64,000 bases of DNA from Oligoflexia bacterium. Lineage in GTDB: Bacteria; Bdellovibrionota; UBA1018. The position numbers and the translations under genes were made by a program. The stretch lies in the NCBI GenBank assembly GCA_963758495.1, contig CAVWVI010000003.1:576001-640000 (forward strand), given 5' to 3'. The notes below the pieces were generated by a model. The model did not search any database. It was not told the DNA's origin and worked only from the letters and a program-made list of their open reading frames with translations. Shown here piece by piece: positions 9,952 through 20,174 of the stretch (position 1 is its first letter; each line of letters begins with the position of its first letter).

Positions 9952-10737
9952 ATGAATACCGTCATTGTCATACCTGCTAGAAAGGGCTCAACTCGATTTC
10001 CTAATAAGCCCCTGGCGCTCATCCAAGGGAGACAACTCCTCTACCGAACCTGGCTCATCGCCAAAGCGGTTACAGGAGTAGATGAAACTTATATCGCAAC
10101 GGATGATGAAGAGATTCGAGAACAAGCGGAAAAATTTGGCGCAAAAGTCCTCATGACTGGAAGTCATTGTGAGAATGGAACTGAACGAGTCTATGATGCT
10201 GTTCAACAGCTCAAGAAAAAGCCAGAGATTGCGATCAATCTTCAAGGGGATGCAGTCTTAACCCCCCCCTGGGTGATCCAATCCATTGTGGAAACCCTGC
10301 AAAAGGATGCAACCGTTCCACTGGCAACTCCAGCAACACGACTCGATTGGAAGCGTTATGATGAATTTCTTCAATCTAAAGCGGGTGGGCGCGTGAGTGG
10401 AACACTCGTTGTTTTTGATTTAAATCATCGGGCTCTTTATTTCTCGAAAGGACTCATCCCCTTTGTTCGAGACCGCAAAATAGCAGAACCTCCCATTTAT
10501 CGTCATATTGGTCTTTATGGTTATCGCTACGAAACTCTGAAAAAATACATTGAACTCAAACCCACCCCTCTTGAAGGAATTGAGAAACTTGAACAACTCC
10601 GAGCCTTAGAAAATGGCATCCCTATTCGAATTGTTCTTGTTGATTATCGCGGAAGGACCCACTGGTCGGTCGATAACCCGGAAGACATCAAAATCGTCGA
10701 AGAAATTGTGAGACGAGAAGGTGAGCTGATCTCATGA
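9952..10737 (+). CDS. kdsB: 3-deoxy-manno-octulosonate cytidylyltransferase
   Basis: IPARKGSTRFPNKPL, GTER, NLQGD, YRHIGLYGY, EKLEQLRALENG; AGGAG RBS before ATG 9952. Confidence 0.93.
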   Translation: MNTVIVIPARKGSTRFPNKPLALIQGRQLLYRTWLIAKAVTGVDETYIATDDEEIREQAEKFGAKVLMTGSHCENGTERVYDAVQQLKKKPEIAINLQGDAVLTPPWVIQSIVETLQKDATVPLATPATRLDWKRYDEFLQSKAGGRVSGTLVVFDLNHRALYFSKGLIPFVRDRKIAEPPIYRHIGLYGYRYETLKKYIELKPTPLEGIEKLEQLRALENGIPIRIVLVDYRGRTHWSVDNPEDIKIVEEIVRREGELIS

Positions 10738-11399
10738 ATATTTTATTATCACGCCACGGAAATACCTTTGGCCCACATGACCCAGTCGTCTGGACAGGAG
10801 CAACCAATGACCTCCCGTTAGTGGAAAAAGGAATTGCTCAAGCTGAAACGTTCGCGGAAGTACTTTTATCTCAAAAAATCAAACCATCCGCCATTTACTG
10901 TAGTCCACTCCAACGAACTTCAAAGTATGCTTCCATCTTGGTTCAAAAGTTAAACTTGCCGTTTAAAGCCACCGTCGATCCACGAATCAATGAAGTGGAT
11001 TATGGTGAGTGGACTGGACTCACAAATGAACAAGTCATTGCGCGCTTTGGAGAAGCAGCACTCAAAGCCTGGGATGAGAAAAGCCAATGGCCCACAGAAG
11101 GAAAATGGGGATCTTCAGAGTCCGCTGTAACGGCTGAGGTGAAATCGTTTGTTCACGACCTCCTCATCCAATATGAAAGCAATGAAACTGTAATTGTCAT
11201 CACGAGTAATGGCCGACTGAGGTATTTTTTAACCCTCGTTCCAGGTGAATTTGAGAAAAGAATTCAGAACAGCTCGTTTAAAGTAAAAACGGGAAATATT
11301 TGTAAGCTGAGCGTTCATAATGGCGGCATTTCAATTTCCTACTGGAATCAAGTTCCTGCTTCTTCCTACTTGGGGAGTCGCAACCTTCAAAAAGTCTGA
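10734..11399 (+). CDS. histidine phosphatase family protein
   Basis: RHG, SPLQRT, NEVDYGEWTG motifs; ATGA overlap with kdsB. Confidence 0.88.
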   Translation: MNILLSRHGNTFGPHDPVVWTGATNDLPLVEKGIAQAETFAEVLLSQKIKPSAIYCSPLQRTSKYASILVQKLNLPFKATVDPRINEVDYGEWTGLTNEQVIARFGEAALKAWDEKSQWPTEGKWGSSESAVTAEVKSFVHDLLIQYESNETVIVITSNGRLRYFLTLVPGEFEKRIQNSSFKVKTGNICKLSVHNGGISISYWNQVPASSYLGSRNLQKV

Positions 11400-11466
11400 C
11401 ATACAGAAGCTACCTACCTAGCAGGTAGTCTGCGAGCTTCATGTATTCGGTAGCTCAAGTTCGTGC

Positions 11467-13878
11467 TTAAAACGGCGGTCCGATAAAGAATTGGAATACT
11501 GAAACGTCTTCACCCGGTTTTCTAGCCAATGGGAAGCCCCATTCGAAACGAAGTGGGCCAATAGGAGAAAACCACCGGAATCCAAATCCCGTATCGGTTC
11601 GAACTGTAAAAGGATCATCTAGCCCGCCCCCTGGAAAATGATCCCAGGTATTCCCTACATCAAAAAAGAGAACTAATTTGATGCCCGCTTCTTTCAGCAA
11701 GGGATACTCAAGCTCGACGAGGGAAAATGCTTCTGCACTTCCGCCCAAAGGTATGGGGTTTCCAGAAGAACTTAAAACTGGACTCCGAGGTCCCAATAAG
11801 AAAAGCGGAAAACCTTTCATATTATTAGGTCCACCTAGGTAAAATTTCTGAGAGGGAGGAACTGTAACTCCACCGACACTTGAAATTTGACCTACTTCAG
11901 TACTATTTCGAATGACTAAATCTCCAACAATTCGATGATAAATTCGATTATTGAGAACCCATTTTGTGAATTTGAAGTCACCTCCCAAGCCAGCAACCTC
12001 GAGCGAGGCAGACTGATAATTACCGGCTGAAGTTTCAAATCGATTGTTTCGTTTATCTCGAATCGTGCTCAAAACAACACTGGAGAGGATCCCTGAATCC
12101 GACGCAACAATCGACGGATCTAAATTTGCATCCGGGAACAGATCCTGAATCCCTTCGTATTTATAAGTAATAAACGCGTAAGTATACTCGATAATAGGAT
12201 GACCGAGTTTGAAGTCAAATCCCAGTTTCGATGTTGTATATTTATAAGGAATCGGAAATTTCACTGAATAGACATCAAAACCCGTACTCCAAAGAGAGTC
12301 AAAAGTATAGGGCTCAGTAAATCCTAAATTCAAGCTTCTAGAAAGCTGTTGAATCGAATATTGAGCAGAAAGGCTCAGATTTTGACCTCGACCCATGAGG
12401 TTGATCTCTGCAATTTGGGTTGTAAAAAAGAAACCCTGATTACTTCCGTAGCCAGCTCCTAAGGTGATCGTCCCCGTCGAGCGCTCTTTCACACTGATAT
12501 CGACGTTCAGAATGTCTGACTTACCTTTAGGCGTTACCGTATTAAAAATCACTTCACCGGGTGCAAAATACCCCAAACGTTCAACATTTTCTCGAGACAC
12601 CCTGAGCTTTGAACCACTATAGAGTTCACCTTCATGGATTTTAAGTTCGCGACGAATCACTTTGTCGTAAGTCTTACTGTTACCCACGACATTGATTTCA
12701 CCAAAATAGCAAAGATTTCCTTTTTCAAAGTCATACTCAATATCTATCGTTTTAGTGTCGTCATGAATATTCATCTTAGGAATCACATTGACGAACGCGT
12801 ATCCTAAATCTTGATATTTCTCTGTGAGGTGCTGAATATCAGCATTTCTTTTAGAAATACTAAATGTTTGATCCGAAGTCAGAGTGAGTTCGTCGCGAAG
12901 CTCTTCTTTTGAAAACAGAAGATCTCCCCCAAAATCAACAGTCCCCATTTTGTACTGAGAACCCTCATCCATATAGATGGAGATAAACACCCATTTTTTA
13001 TCATCACTGACCGTGACCACTGGGTTTTCAAATTTAAATTTGACATACCCATGATCCAGGTACCAATAAGTCAGTCTTTGTAAATCTTGCTTAAATGCAG
13101 ATTCTTTGAAGTTGCCTGAGCTCGAAAGAAAAGAGAAGAACCCTCCTTCACGGGTTTCGGCAAAAACACCCTTAAGCTGGGCATCTGTAAATTTTTTATT
13201 ATTGAGGAATGTGATTTTCTTAATCTGGACTTTATCATAGTCATTGATCTTGTAAGTGAGCTCCACTTCGCCTTGCTGAGTGGGCTTTATGTCATAAGTC
13301 ACTTTTGCTAAGTAAAACCCTTTTTCCTCATAATGCTTTTGGATCAAAGCAACATCTTCTTTAACTTTATTAATATCTTGAATGGACCATTCTTTTACTT
13401 TGATCACATCTTTTAAATCACTCGAACTGATGCGCTCATTGCCTTCAAAATTGAGCTTTGCAATCACCGGCCGCTCACGTACCACATAGGTCAATCCGAC
13501 TTGCTGATTACTTAAGAGCGTCCCCTCTACCGCAATGTCATCAAAGAAACCCATTTTAAAAATAGATTGAATATCAGAACGAACTTTTTCGGCTGTCAGC
13601 ACATCTCCTGGCTTAGTACTTAACTTAGCTAGAACAGCATCTTTTTCAATTCTTTTTAAGCCCTCAACATCAACAGATCCTACAACCTTTCCAAAGAACT
13701 CACCTGCGTGCTGAGTAGGTTGAAGCCGAGGCTGAGGCGTATTGATCTGAGCCAAAAGAGTTTCCTTCGCGGAAACAGAATGATCCATTCCGAGACTACC
13801 CAGTGTCGCGATAATCGCAAAAACGAAAATGCGTTGCCATACGAAATGAAATTTTGAAAATCGTCTAAGAGCAGTCAC
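11467..13878 (-). CDS. bamA: outer membrane protein assembly factor BamA
   Basis: POTRA repeats (VIRRE, LGYF, VKERSTG), FYLGGPNNMKGF loop, GFRWFSPIGPLRFEWG, terminal Phe. Confidence 0.96.
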   Translation of the reverse strand: MTALRRFSKFHFVWQRIFVFAIIATLGSLGMDHSVSAKETLLAQINTPQPRLQPTQHAGEFFGKVVGSVDVEGLKRIEKDAVLAKLSTKPGDVLTAEKVRSDIQSIFKMGFFDDIAVEGTLLSNQQVGLTYVVRERPVIAKLNFEGNERISSSDLKDVIKVKEWSIQDINKVKEDVALIQKHYEEKGFYLAKVTYDIKPTQQGEVELTYKINDYDKVQIKKITFLNNKKFTDAQLKGVFAETREGGFFSFLSSSGNFKESAFKQDLQRLTYWYLDHGYVKFKFENPVVTVSDDKKWVFISIYMDEGSQYKMGTVDFGGDLLFSKEELRDELTLTSDQTFSISKRNADIQHLTEKYQDLGYAFVNVIPKMNIHDDTKTIDIEYDFEKGNLCYFGEINVVGNSKTYDKVIRRELKIHEGELYSGSKLRVSRENVERLGYFAPGEVIFNTVTPKGKSDILNVDISVKERSTGTITLGAGYGSNQGFFFTTQIAEINLMGRGQNLSLSAQYSIQQLSRSLNLGFTEPYTFDSLWSTGFDVYSVKFPIPYKYTTSKLGFDFKLGHPIIEYTYAFITYKYEGIQDLFPDANLDPSIVASDSGILSSVVLSTIRDKRNNRFETSAGNYQSASLEVAGLGGDFKFTKWVLNNRIYHRIVGDLVIRNSTEVGQISSVGGVTVPPSQKFYLGGPNNMKGFPLFLLGPRSPVLSSSGNPIPLGGSAEAFSLVELEYPLLKEAGIKLVLFFDVGNTWDHFPGGGLDDPFTVRTDTGFGFRWFSPIGPLRFEWGFPLARKPGEDVSVFQFFIGPPF

Positions 13879-13944
13879 TCATTATAATGTCTAGGTGGGC
13901 AAATCTCTGCTGTCAACAATAACAAGTTAAAAGATTGAAAATTA

Positions 13945-14664
13945 TTAATGGATAAAGGTTCCATCCTTCATAATTAGAATGCGGTGCATCCTTTTTGCCA
14001 ACTCTAAATCATGTGTAACGAGTAATACCGAAACACCTGTAGCTTCATTCAGTCGCACTAAAAGATCCATTACAATAGAACGATTTGCAGAGTCCAAATT
14101 TCCCGTCAGCTCGTCTGCTAAAAGAAGTTTGGGCCTAAGGATTACAGCACGTGCAATAGCCACACGTTGCTGCTCACCTCCAGAAAGCTCACTGGGGCGA
14201 TGATCTAGACGATGCTTCAATCCCACAAACTCAAGTAGATTTGTAGCCTGTGATTCTGAAGCTTGCCGTGCATGTCCAGCAATCAATGCCGGCATCATCA
14301 CGTTTTCAAGTGCCGAAAATTCAGGCAGAAGGTAATGAAATTGAAAGACAAAGCCCAAGGATCTATTTCGAAAAACAGACAGTGCTCTTTCAGAAAATCG
14401 AAAAATGTCTTGTTGTTTTTCTCCAAACAGAACCTGACCAGAACTCGGGGCTTCAAGTGTTCCTAAAATATGAAGTAATGTACTCTTGCCCACGCCTGAG
14501 GCACCCGTGATTGCAATCATTTCACCCGGCATAATCGTCAAGTCAACTCCCCGAACTACGGGAATCTCTTTTTTTCCTTTAAAAAAAGACTTTCGAATCT
14601 GTTCGGCTCGCAATAAGGGGTGCTGTGCACTCGCATGAACTCTTTGATCGGTTTCTTTATTCAT
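13945..14664 (-). CDS. lolD: lipoprotein-releasing ABC transporter ATP-binding protein
   Basis: GASGVGKST, GFVFQFHYLLPEFSALENV, LSGGEQQR, DELTGNLD. Confidence 0.92.
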   Translation of the reverse strand: MNKETDQRVHASAQHPLLRAEQIRKSFFKGKKEIPVVRGVDLTIMPGEMIAITGASGVGKSTLLHILGTLEAPSSGQVLFGEKQQDIFRFSERALSVFRNRSLGFVFQFHYLLPEFSALENVMMPALIAGHARQASESQATNLLEFVGLKHRLDHRPSELSGGEQQRVAIARAVILRPKLLLADELTGNLDSANRSIVMDLLVRLNEATGVSVLLVTHDLELAKRMHRILIMKDGTFIH

Positions 14665-15874
14665 ATCTTAAACCATCCAGAGGTGAACGGCGGGATACTT
14701 TCCAGGAGGGATAGATCGTCGCCAAAAACGATACCATTAAAGCTACAAAGGCTATCAGAGAAATATCTTTCCAAAGTACAACGACAGGCAAGAATCCAAT
14801 ATAATAAATATCTGCAGGTAAATTGATCCAGTGAGTTTTCTCCAGTAACCATCCCAATCCAAGACCCGATAAAATTCCCAGTCCAGTGCCAACTGCTCCA
14901 ATTCCAATACCAATCAGGCAAAACAATCGAAAGCTTTGTGCTGGCCGAAAGCCCATTGCCTTTAAAATAGAAATTTCTTTTGTCTTATCATGAATCATCA
15001 TCATCAGAGTGCTCACCACATTGAACGCCGCAACGATCACAATTACGGTTAAAATGATTGCGATGACCACTTTCTCTAATTTAATCGCATAAAATAGGTT
15101 TTTATTGAGCTGGCTCCAATCTTTTGCCCTAAAAGGATAATCAAATACTTCAGCCAATCGATCTGACACTCGACGAGTATCTGTACCTGGCTTCACTTTT
15201 ATATTAAAATTCGTAATTCCACCGGGATGGTCCAAAAACTTTTGAACGGTCTCTAAGGTCATAAAGGCAAATTTAGAATCGTAATCATACATCCCCATTT
15301 TTACGATACCCACGACATTGACTTTGAGTATCTTCGGAGTCGAACTGACCTCTCCCGTAAAGGGGGCAATTAAACGAATCTCAGTTCCCTCTGGAGCCCC
15401 CAACTTCTCTGAGATGGCAGAACCTAATAGGATTTCTCCATCCGCTTGTGGCATTCTTCCAGAGACAAGTCGTTCAGGGATAGCGGTCACTTGTCCGATA
15501 CTTTGGGAATCGATCCCCTCGAGAATTGCTCCTGAAACCCCGCTAGGTCCTGATGCCATCAGTTCGGTCACAAAGGAAGGGGTGATCGCTACCACTTGTG
15601 GAACTGTTTTTCGAATTTCAGCTTCAATCAAACTAGCGTCTCTGACAGGCTCTCCTCTGGAATACAAGACAATATCACCATTCATTCCTGTAATCACATG
15701 GGCCAATTCGCCTTCAAATCCATTGATGACACTTGTGACAACAGTTAGAGCCATTACACCTAAAGCAACACCCAACACAGATACCCAAGCAATGAAGGAT
15801 AGGAACCCATCAGAGGCTTTTGAGAGTAAAAACCGAAAAGCGAGGGTTGGAACAGATGATTGGAAGAGTGCCAT
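14657..15874 (-). CDS. lipoprotein-releasing ABC transporter permease (LolC/E family)
   Basis: GVALGVMAL..VTSVINGF, VAAFNVVSTL, EISILKAMG, LATIYPS, LRYE end; adjacent to lolD. Confidence 0.92.
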   Translation of the reverse strand: MALFQSSVPTLAFRFLLSKASDGFLSFIAWVSVLGVALGVMALTVVTSVINGFEGELAHVITGMNGDIVLYSRGEPVRDASLIEAEIRKTVPQVVAITPSFVTELMASGPSGVSGAILEGIDSQSIGQVTAIPERLVSGRMPQADGEILLGSAISEKLGAPEGTEIRLIAPFTGEVSSTPKILKVNVVGIVKMGMYDYDSKFAFMTLETVQKFLDHPGGITNFNIKVKPGTDTRRVSDRLAEVFDYPFRAKDWSQLNKNLFYAIKLEKVVIAIILTVIVIVAAFNVVSTLMMMIHDKTKEISILKAMGFRPAQSFRLFCLIGIGIGAVGTGLGILSGLGLGWLLEKTHWINLPADIYYIGFLPVVVLWKDISLIAFVALMVSFLATIYPSWKVSRRSPLDGLRYE

Positions 15875-15876
15875 CC

Positions 15877-17400
15877 CTACGTCTTTGTAACCTCGGAATG
15901 GAGGGGTTTCATGAGAGGAAATAAGATCACATCTCGAATGCTAGGCGAATCTGTAAATAACATGACCAATCGATCAATCCCAATTCCAGCACCCGCAGTG
16001 GGTGGCATGCCATACTCAAGAGCGGTCACATAATCTAAATCCATATCGGATGCTTCCTCATTGCCCGCATTCTTTGCATCTACTTGTGATTCAAAACGAG
16101 CTTTTTGATCGATTGGATCATTCAACTCGGAAAATGCGTTCGCCATCTCTCGTCCGTAAATGAAAAGCTCAAATCGATCGACTAAAAATGGGTCTTTCTC
16201 ATTTTTTCTCGATAAAGGAGAAACATCCAACGGGTAGTGAGTGACAAAGGTGGGCTGAATGAGCTGTGATTCAACTTCTTCGTCAAAAATCACCATCAAT
16301 AATGCTCCCGTCGTTTCTTTTGGATTCATCGGGAAATTTTTCTTTTTGCCATACTCCAAAAGAGCGGCCTTATCACGAAGCCGAGAGCGATCTTTAAATT
16401 CAGAGTATTTTAAAATCGAATCTTCAACACTGATTCTCTGCCAAGGTGAGCTGAGGTGAATCGCTGTTCCCTGATAGGTCAGTTGCTGCCTTTGTAAAAC
16501 TTCCTCGCCGATTTTTTGAAAAAGTTTTTCATGGAGGTCCATTAAATCTTCATAGGTGGCATAAGCCTGATAGAACTCAAGCATTGTAAATTCAGGATTA
16601 TGTTTAATCGAAATTCCTTCGTTCCTAAAATTTCGATTAATTTCAAACACGCGCTCAAACCCCCCCACAACAAGCCTCTTTAAATAAAGCTCAGGGGCAA
16701 TCCTCATGAAAAGTTTCATGTCCAATGCATTATGATGAGTCGTAAAAGGTCTCGCGGTAGCCCCTCCTGCAATCGGATGCATCATCGGGGTTTCGACTTC
16801 CATAAATCCTTGATCCACAAAGAATCGACGTATCTCTTCAATGATTTTCGAACGCTTTCGAAAAGTATCTCGAGTGTCTTGATTCATAATTAAATCTAAG
16901 TAGCGTTGACGGTATTTAATCTCCACATCTGCCAGGCCATGAAATTTTTCTGCTAGCGGACGAAGGGATTTAGTCATTAAATCTATGGACTCACAACTGA
17001 CTGATAATTCTCCCGTTTTTGTTTTAAAAACGGTGCCATGTGCAAGAAGGATATCTCCAATATCGAGTTCTTTATAAAGCGCGTAAGCGTCAACTCCGAT
17101 TTTTTCCTTTTGCACATAGAGCTGTATAAGACCTGTTCTATCTTTCAAGCGAATAAAGGCAGCCTTACCAAAATCTCGAATCGCCATGATTCGACCCGCT
17201 ACTGAGCAGGAGATCGCCAAACCATCAAGCTCTTCTTTACTCTTTTCACCGTAAGCGTGATGAAGGTCCACTGCTATTGCAGACGGAGAAGCTCCATTTT
17301 TATAAGGATTCTCAGTTCTCTCTCTTAAACGAGTCAGTTTCTCATAACGGACTCTTACCTGCTCAGAATGATCATCTGCATTTAAGACATCCATCTTCAC
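15877..17400 (-). CDS. lysS: lysyl-tRNA synthetase (class II)
   Basis: YRQRYLDL, GGATARPF, LFMRIAPELYLKRL, HNPEFTMLE, YGMPPTAG.GIGIDRL. Confidence 0.98.
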   Translation of the reverse strand: MKMDVLNADDHSEQVRVRYEKLTRLRERTENPYKNGASPSAIAVDLHHAYGEKSKEELDGLAISCSVAGRIMAIRDFGKAAFIRLKDRTGLIQLYVQKEKIGVDAYALYKELDIGDILLAHGTVFKTKTGELSVSCESIDLMTKSLRPLAEKFHGLADVEIKYRQRYLDLIMNQDTRDTFRKRSKIIEEIRRFFVDQGFMEVETPMMHPIAGGATARPFTTHHNALDMKLFMRIAPELYLKRLVVGGFERVFEINRNFRNEGISIKHNPEFTMLEFYQAYATYEDLMDLHEKLFQKIGEEVLQRQQLTYQGTAIHLSSPWQRISVEDSILKYSEFKDRSRLRDKAALLEYGKKKNFPMNPKETTGALLMVIFDEEVESQLIQPTFVTHYPLDVSPLSRKNEKDPFLVDRFELFIYGREMANAFSELNDPIDQKARFESQVDAKNAGNEEASDMDLDYVTALEYGMPPTAGAGIGIDRLVMLFTDSPSIRDVILFPLMKPLHSEVTKT

Positions 17401-18348
17401 TTACTCCTGACTTTCTAAAAACCGTTCTGCATCGATCGCTGCCATACAACCTGTGCCAGCCGCAGTAATGGCTTGGCGATAAACATGATCAGCAACATCC
17501 CCTGCAGCAAATACACCGGGTACATTCGTACACGTTGATTTATGATCAGTCAAAATGTAGCCGGTCTCATCACATTTCAAATACTGCCTAAACAAAGCCG
17601 TATTGGGTTCATGCCCAATAGCCACAAAGACGCCATCCATTTTAAGCTCTTGAATCTCGTTTGTTTTGAGATTTTTTAATTCGATTCCAGTAACCGCATG
17701 ATCACCTAAAATTTCTTGAATTTCAGCATCCCAGATAAATTTGATTTTAGGATTTTTAGTCGCTTTATCTTGCATGATTTTGCTCGCACGCAACTTATCC
17801 CGTCGGTGAATAATCGTGACGGATTTTGCAAAGCGAGTCAAAAATGTCGCCTCTTCCATGGCCGTATCTCCACCCCCGACGACTGCAATATCTAAATTAC
17901 GAAAGAAAAAGCCATCACAGGTCGCACATGCAGATACGCCTTTACCCATCAATCTTTTTTCACTGGGTATACCGATCCATTTAGCAGAAGCTCCGGTAGA
18001 AATAATGAGAGTCTTGGTTTTAATTTGCTTACCGTTCGAAAACTCAATGGTAAATGGGCTTTTTGACAGATCCGCTCGAGTGATATTGCCTTGAAGAAAG
18101 CGTGTCCCAAACCGTTCTGCCTGTTTTCGAAAGGCCGTCATGAGATCTGGACCTAAAACAGGCTCCGCAAAGCCAGGGTAGTTCTCTACATCGCTCGTTA
18201 TAGTCAACTGCCCTCCAGGCTGGTCTCCTTCAACACACAGAGGGCGCAGGTTTGCCCTTGCACTGTAGATGGCTGCTGTCAGACCAGCCGGACCCGTTCC
18301 CAAGATGGTTATTGACTCTACATCACCCGAAGTCAGATTTGTTGTCAT
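17401..18348 (-). CDS. trxB: thioredoxin reductase
   Basis: GTGPAGLTAA, GGQL, CATCDG, GGGDTAMEEA, FAAGDV, RQAITAAGTG. Confidence 0.97.
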   Translation of the reverse strand: MTTNLTSGDVESITILGTGPAGLTAAIYSARANLRPLCVEGDQPGGQLTITSDVENYPGFAEPVLGPDLMTAFRKQAERFGTRFLQGNITRADLSKSPFTIEFSNGKQIKTKTLIISTGASAKWIGIPSEKRLMGKGVSACATCDGFFFRNLDIAVVGGGDTAMEEATFLTRFAKSVTIIHRRDKLRASKIMQDKATKNPKIKFIWDAEIQEILGDHAVTGIELKNLKTNEIQELKMDGVFVAIGHEPNTALFRQYLKCDETGYILTDHKSTCTNVPGVFAAGDVADHVYRQAITAAGTGCMAAIDAERFLESQE

Positions 18349-18357
18349 GAGGAACTC

Positions 18358-18576
18358 TTAATGCTGCTGATGAAGACCGCTACCGTTGGTTTCAGAGTCA
18401 TCCAAATCATGAGCCAGGGAGTCGATACTCACCCATTCAGCATTTTCTGAATCATCTGGGAGTTGAGAAACTGCTTTTTTGACGTCTTCAGCAGAAATCA
18501 CTCCACGAGCTACATTCCTCTCAACTAATCGGGTGTCTAATACCTTAAAATCTACAGAATCATGTAATAGTGCCAT
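18358..18576 (-). CDS. small hypothetical protein
   Basis: 72-aa ORF fitting tightly between rhomboid and trxB on the same strand (DTRLVERN..RG...LPDDSENAE). Confidence 0.7.
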   Translation of the reverse strand: MALLHDSVDFKVLDTRLVERNVARGVISAEDVKKAVSQLPDDSENAEWVSIDSLAHDLDDSETNGSGLHQQH

Positions 18577-18640
18577 ATAAGATCATAGATAGATCGTCAG
18601 GTCTCTCTGTGTCAATAGAAGTAAGTCACAAGAAGTCACA

Positions 18641-19390
18641 TTAATGCCATGTCTTTGGGTCACGTTCTGAGTCTTTATCCAATTCATCTAGCTCTTGGTC
18701 ATTGTTTACAATTAACTTTAAATGTTTGGAACGACGCTTCTTGCTGCGATTTCCTGCCCATTTAGCAGTTGGGGATTTTTTTGCCAAAATCAGTGCCGTA
18801 CGTACCCATAGAAAACCAAATCCAGCTGCCATTCCCCCTAATTGAGCCAATCCCGCCCAGCGTCCACCCGATGAATAAAATGTTGTTAATAATTCAAGTA
18901 AAACAAGGATCCAGATGAAATGTTTCGCTTTTAACGGAAAAAGCATCATGAAATGTAATACTCGCTCCCCAAATAAAATCCCGTAGGCCAATAAAAGGCC
19001 ATAAATTGCTCCTGATGTTCCACTCATAGGAATTTGGGATGCCATGCCATGTAAAATGAGCGTCGTTAACAGGATATAAATGACACCACAGCTCGTTGCG
19101 CAAAAAAAGTAGTATTGTAAAAACCTCCGAGCCCCCCAAACAGCTTCTAACTCACTTCCGATAAAAGCGATCATCATTAAGTTAAAAAACACATGCATGA
19201 CATCGCTGTGCACAAAAGAATAAGTTAAAAGTTGCCAGAAGTGAAATTTATCAACAAAGTCATGAGGATTTAACGCAAACCACCTTGAAACGTGCATTCC
19301 CAAAAACTGGTCTGCAGTTTGCTGGATAAGAAAACTAACAAAATAGGTGATAATAAGAAATTTGACCGATTGAGTTAAACGAATTGGCAT
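18641..19390 (-). CDS. rhomboid-family intramembrane protease
   Basis: WQLLTYSFVH, HVFFNLM, GTSG catalytic Ser; the usual AH reads AQLGG, so activity is uncertain. Confidence 0.85.
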   Translation of the reverse strand: MPIRLTQSVKFLIITYFVSFLIQQTADQFLGMHVSRWFALNPHDFVDKFHFWQLLTYSFVHSDVMHVFFNLMMIAFIGSELEAVWGARRFLQYYFFCATSCGVIYILLTTLILHGMASQIPMSGTSGAIYGLLLAYGILFGERVLHFMMLFPLKAKHFIWILVLLELLTTFYSSGGRWAGLAQLGGMAAGFGFLWVRTALILAKKSPTAKWAGNRSKKRRSKHLKLIVNNDQELDELDKDSERDPKTWH

Positions 19391-19408
19391 AAGATGTTTA
19401 ACTATATA

Positions 19409-19816
19409 CTAACCTGGCTCCATGACCTCAATGAGAATTCCTCCTGCGGAAGCAGGGTGAATAAAATTTATCTTCATTCCATGGGCACCCGCTTGAGGAT
19501 GCTCGTAAAGAAGTCGATATCCAGCTGATCGTAGCTTCTCACAAAGGGGCTCTAACTCGCCGGATTGAACTGAAAATGACAAATGATGCAATCCTGGGCC
19601 CCATTTTTTAAGAAAATGTGAAATCGGTCCATCTTCGCCCAGTGGCTCTAGAAGCTCAAGATGACTTTGTGTATTCGGAAAAGGAAGAAAATGAGTATTA
19701 ACGCCTTGCTGCAAAACACTTTCAACATGATTCACTTCTAAATCTAATAATGAAAACAGTTTCTTCATCCCAATTAAGTCTGAAACTGCGATTCCAATAT
19801 GATTTAAGTTGGCCAT
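19409..19816 (-). CDS. mce: methylmalonyl-CoA epimerase (VOC family)
   Basis: HIGIAV, LELLEP, GLHHL, GAHG..INFIHP...GGILIE. Confidence 0.88.
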   Translation of the reverse strand: MANLNHIGIAVSDLIGMKKLFSLLDLEVNHVESVLQQGVNTHFLPFPNTQSHLELLEPLGEDGPISHFLKKWGPGLHHLSFSVQSGELEPLCEKLRSAGYRLLYEHPQAGAHGMKINFIHPASAGGILIEVMEPG

Positions 19817-20057
19817 ATAAAAAGTAAAGCAGGTACTAAAATAGGACGAGGACCACCACCACTTGTTGCTGTACCCAAATTCGCCTCCTGAGACGCGAAC
19901 CTAGCAAATGATAGAGGTCCTCAGTCAAGTCGCCTAAGCATCGATTACCCACCAAAGTCCTCTTAGCCTAGACATTAGACTCATCGACGCTTTTTGGATG
20001 AACTTAAATTTTTCTTTTAGTACTCAAACTGAATGTTGAGATAACTTGAACTTATTC

Positions 20058-20174
20058 TTAAGCAAGTCGAGATTTATGCACGGATTCACGACGCTTTTTG
20101 AGCATCACCTTCTTTGCAACCTGTCGTTTACGGTTCTTCATCTTCTGTGTTTTTTGTTTTCTGCCTCGTCCCAT
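20058..20174 (-). CDS. 38-aa highly basic small protein (not in ORF track)
   Basis: Manual translation MGRGRKQKTQKMKNRKRQVAKKVMLKKRRESVHKSRLA*. Confidence 0.6.
   Translation of the reverse strand: MGRGRKQKTQKMKNRKRQVAKKVMLKKRRESVHKSRLA

Noticed and set aside
15318..15890. 190-aa plus-strand ORF and similar antisense ORFs over housekeeping genes
   Set aside because: Fully antisense to well-supported genes, with no motifs.
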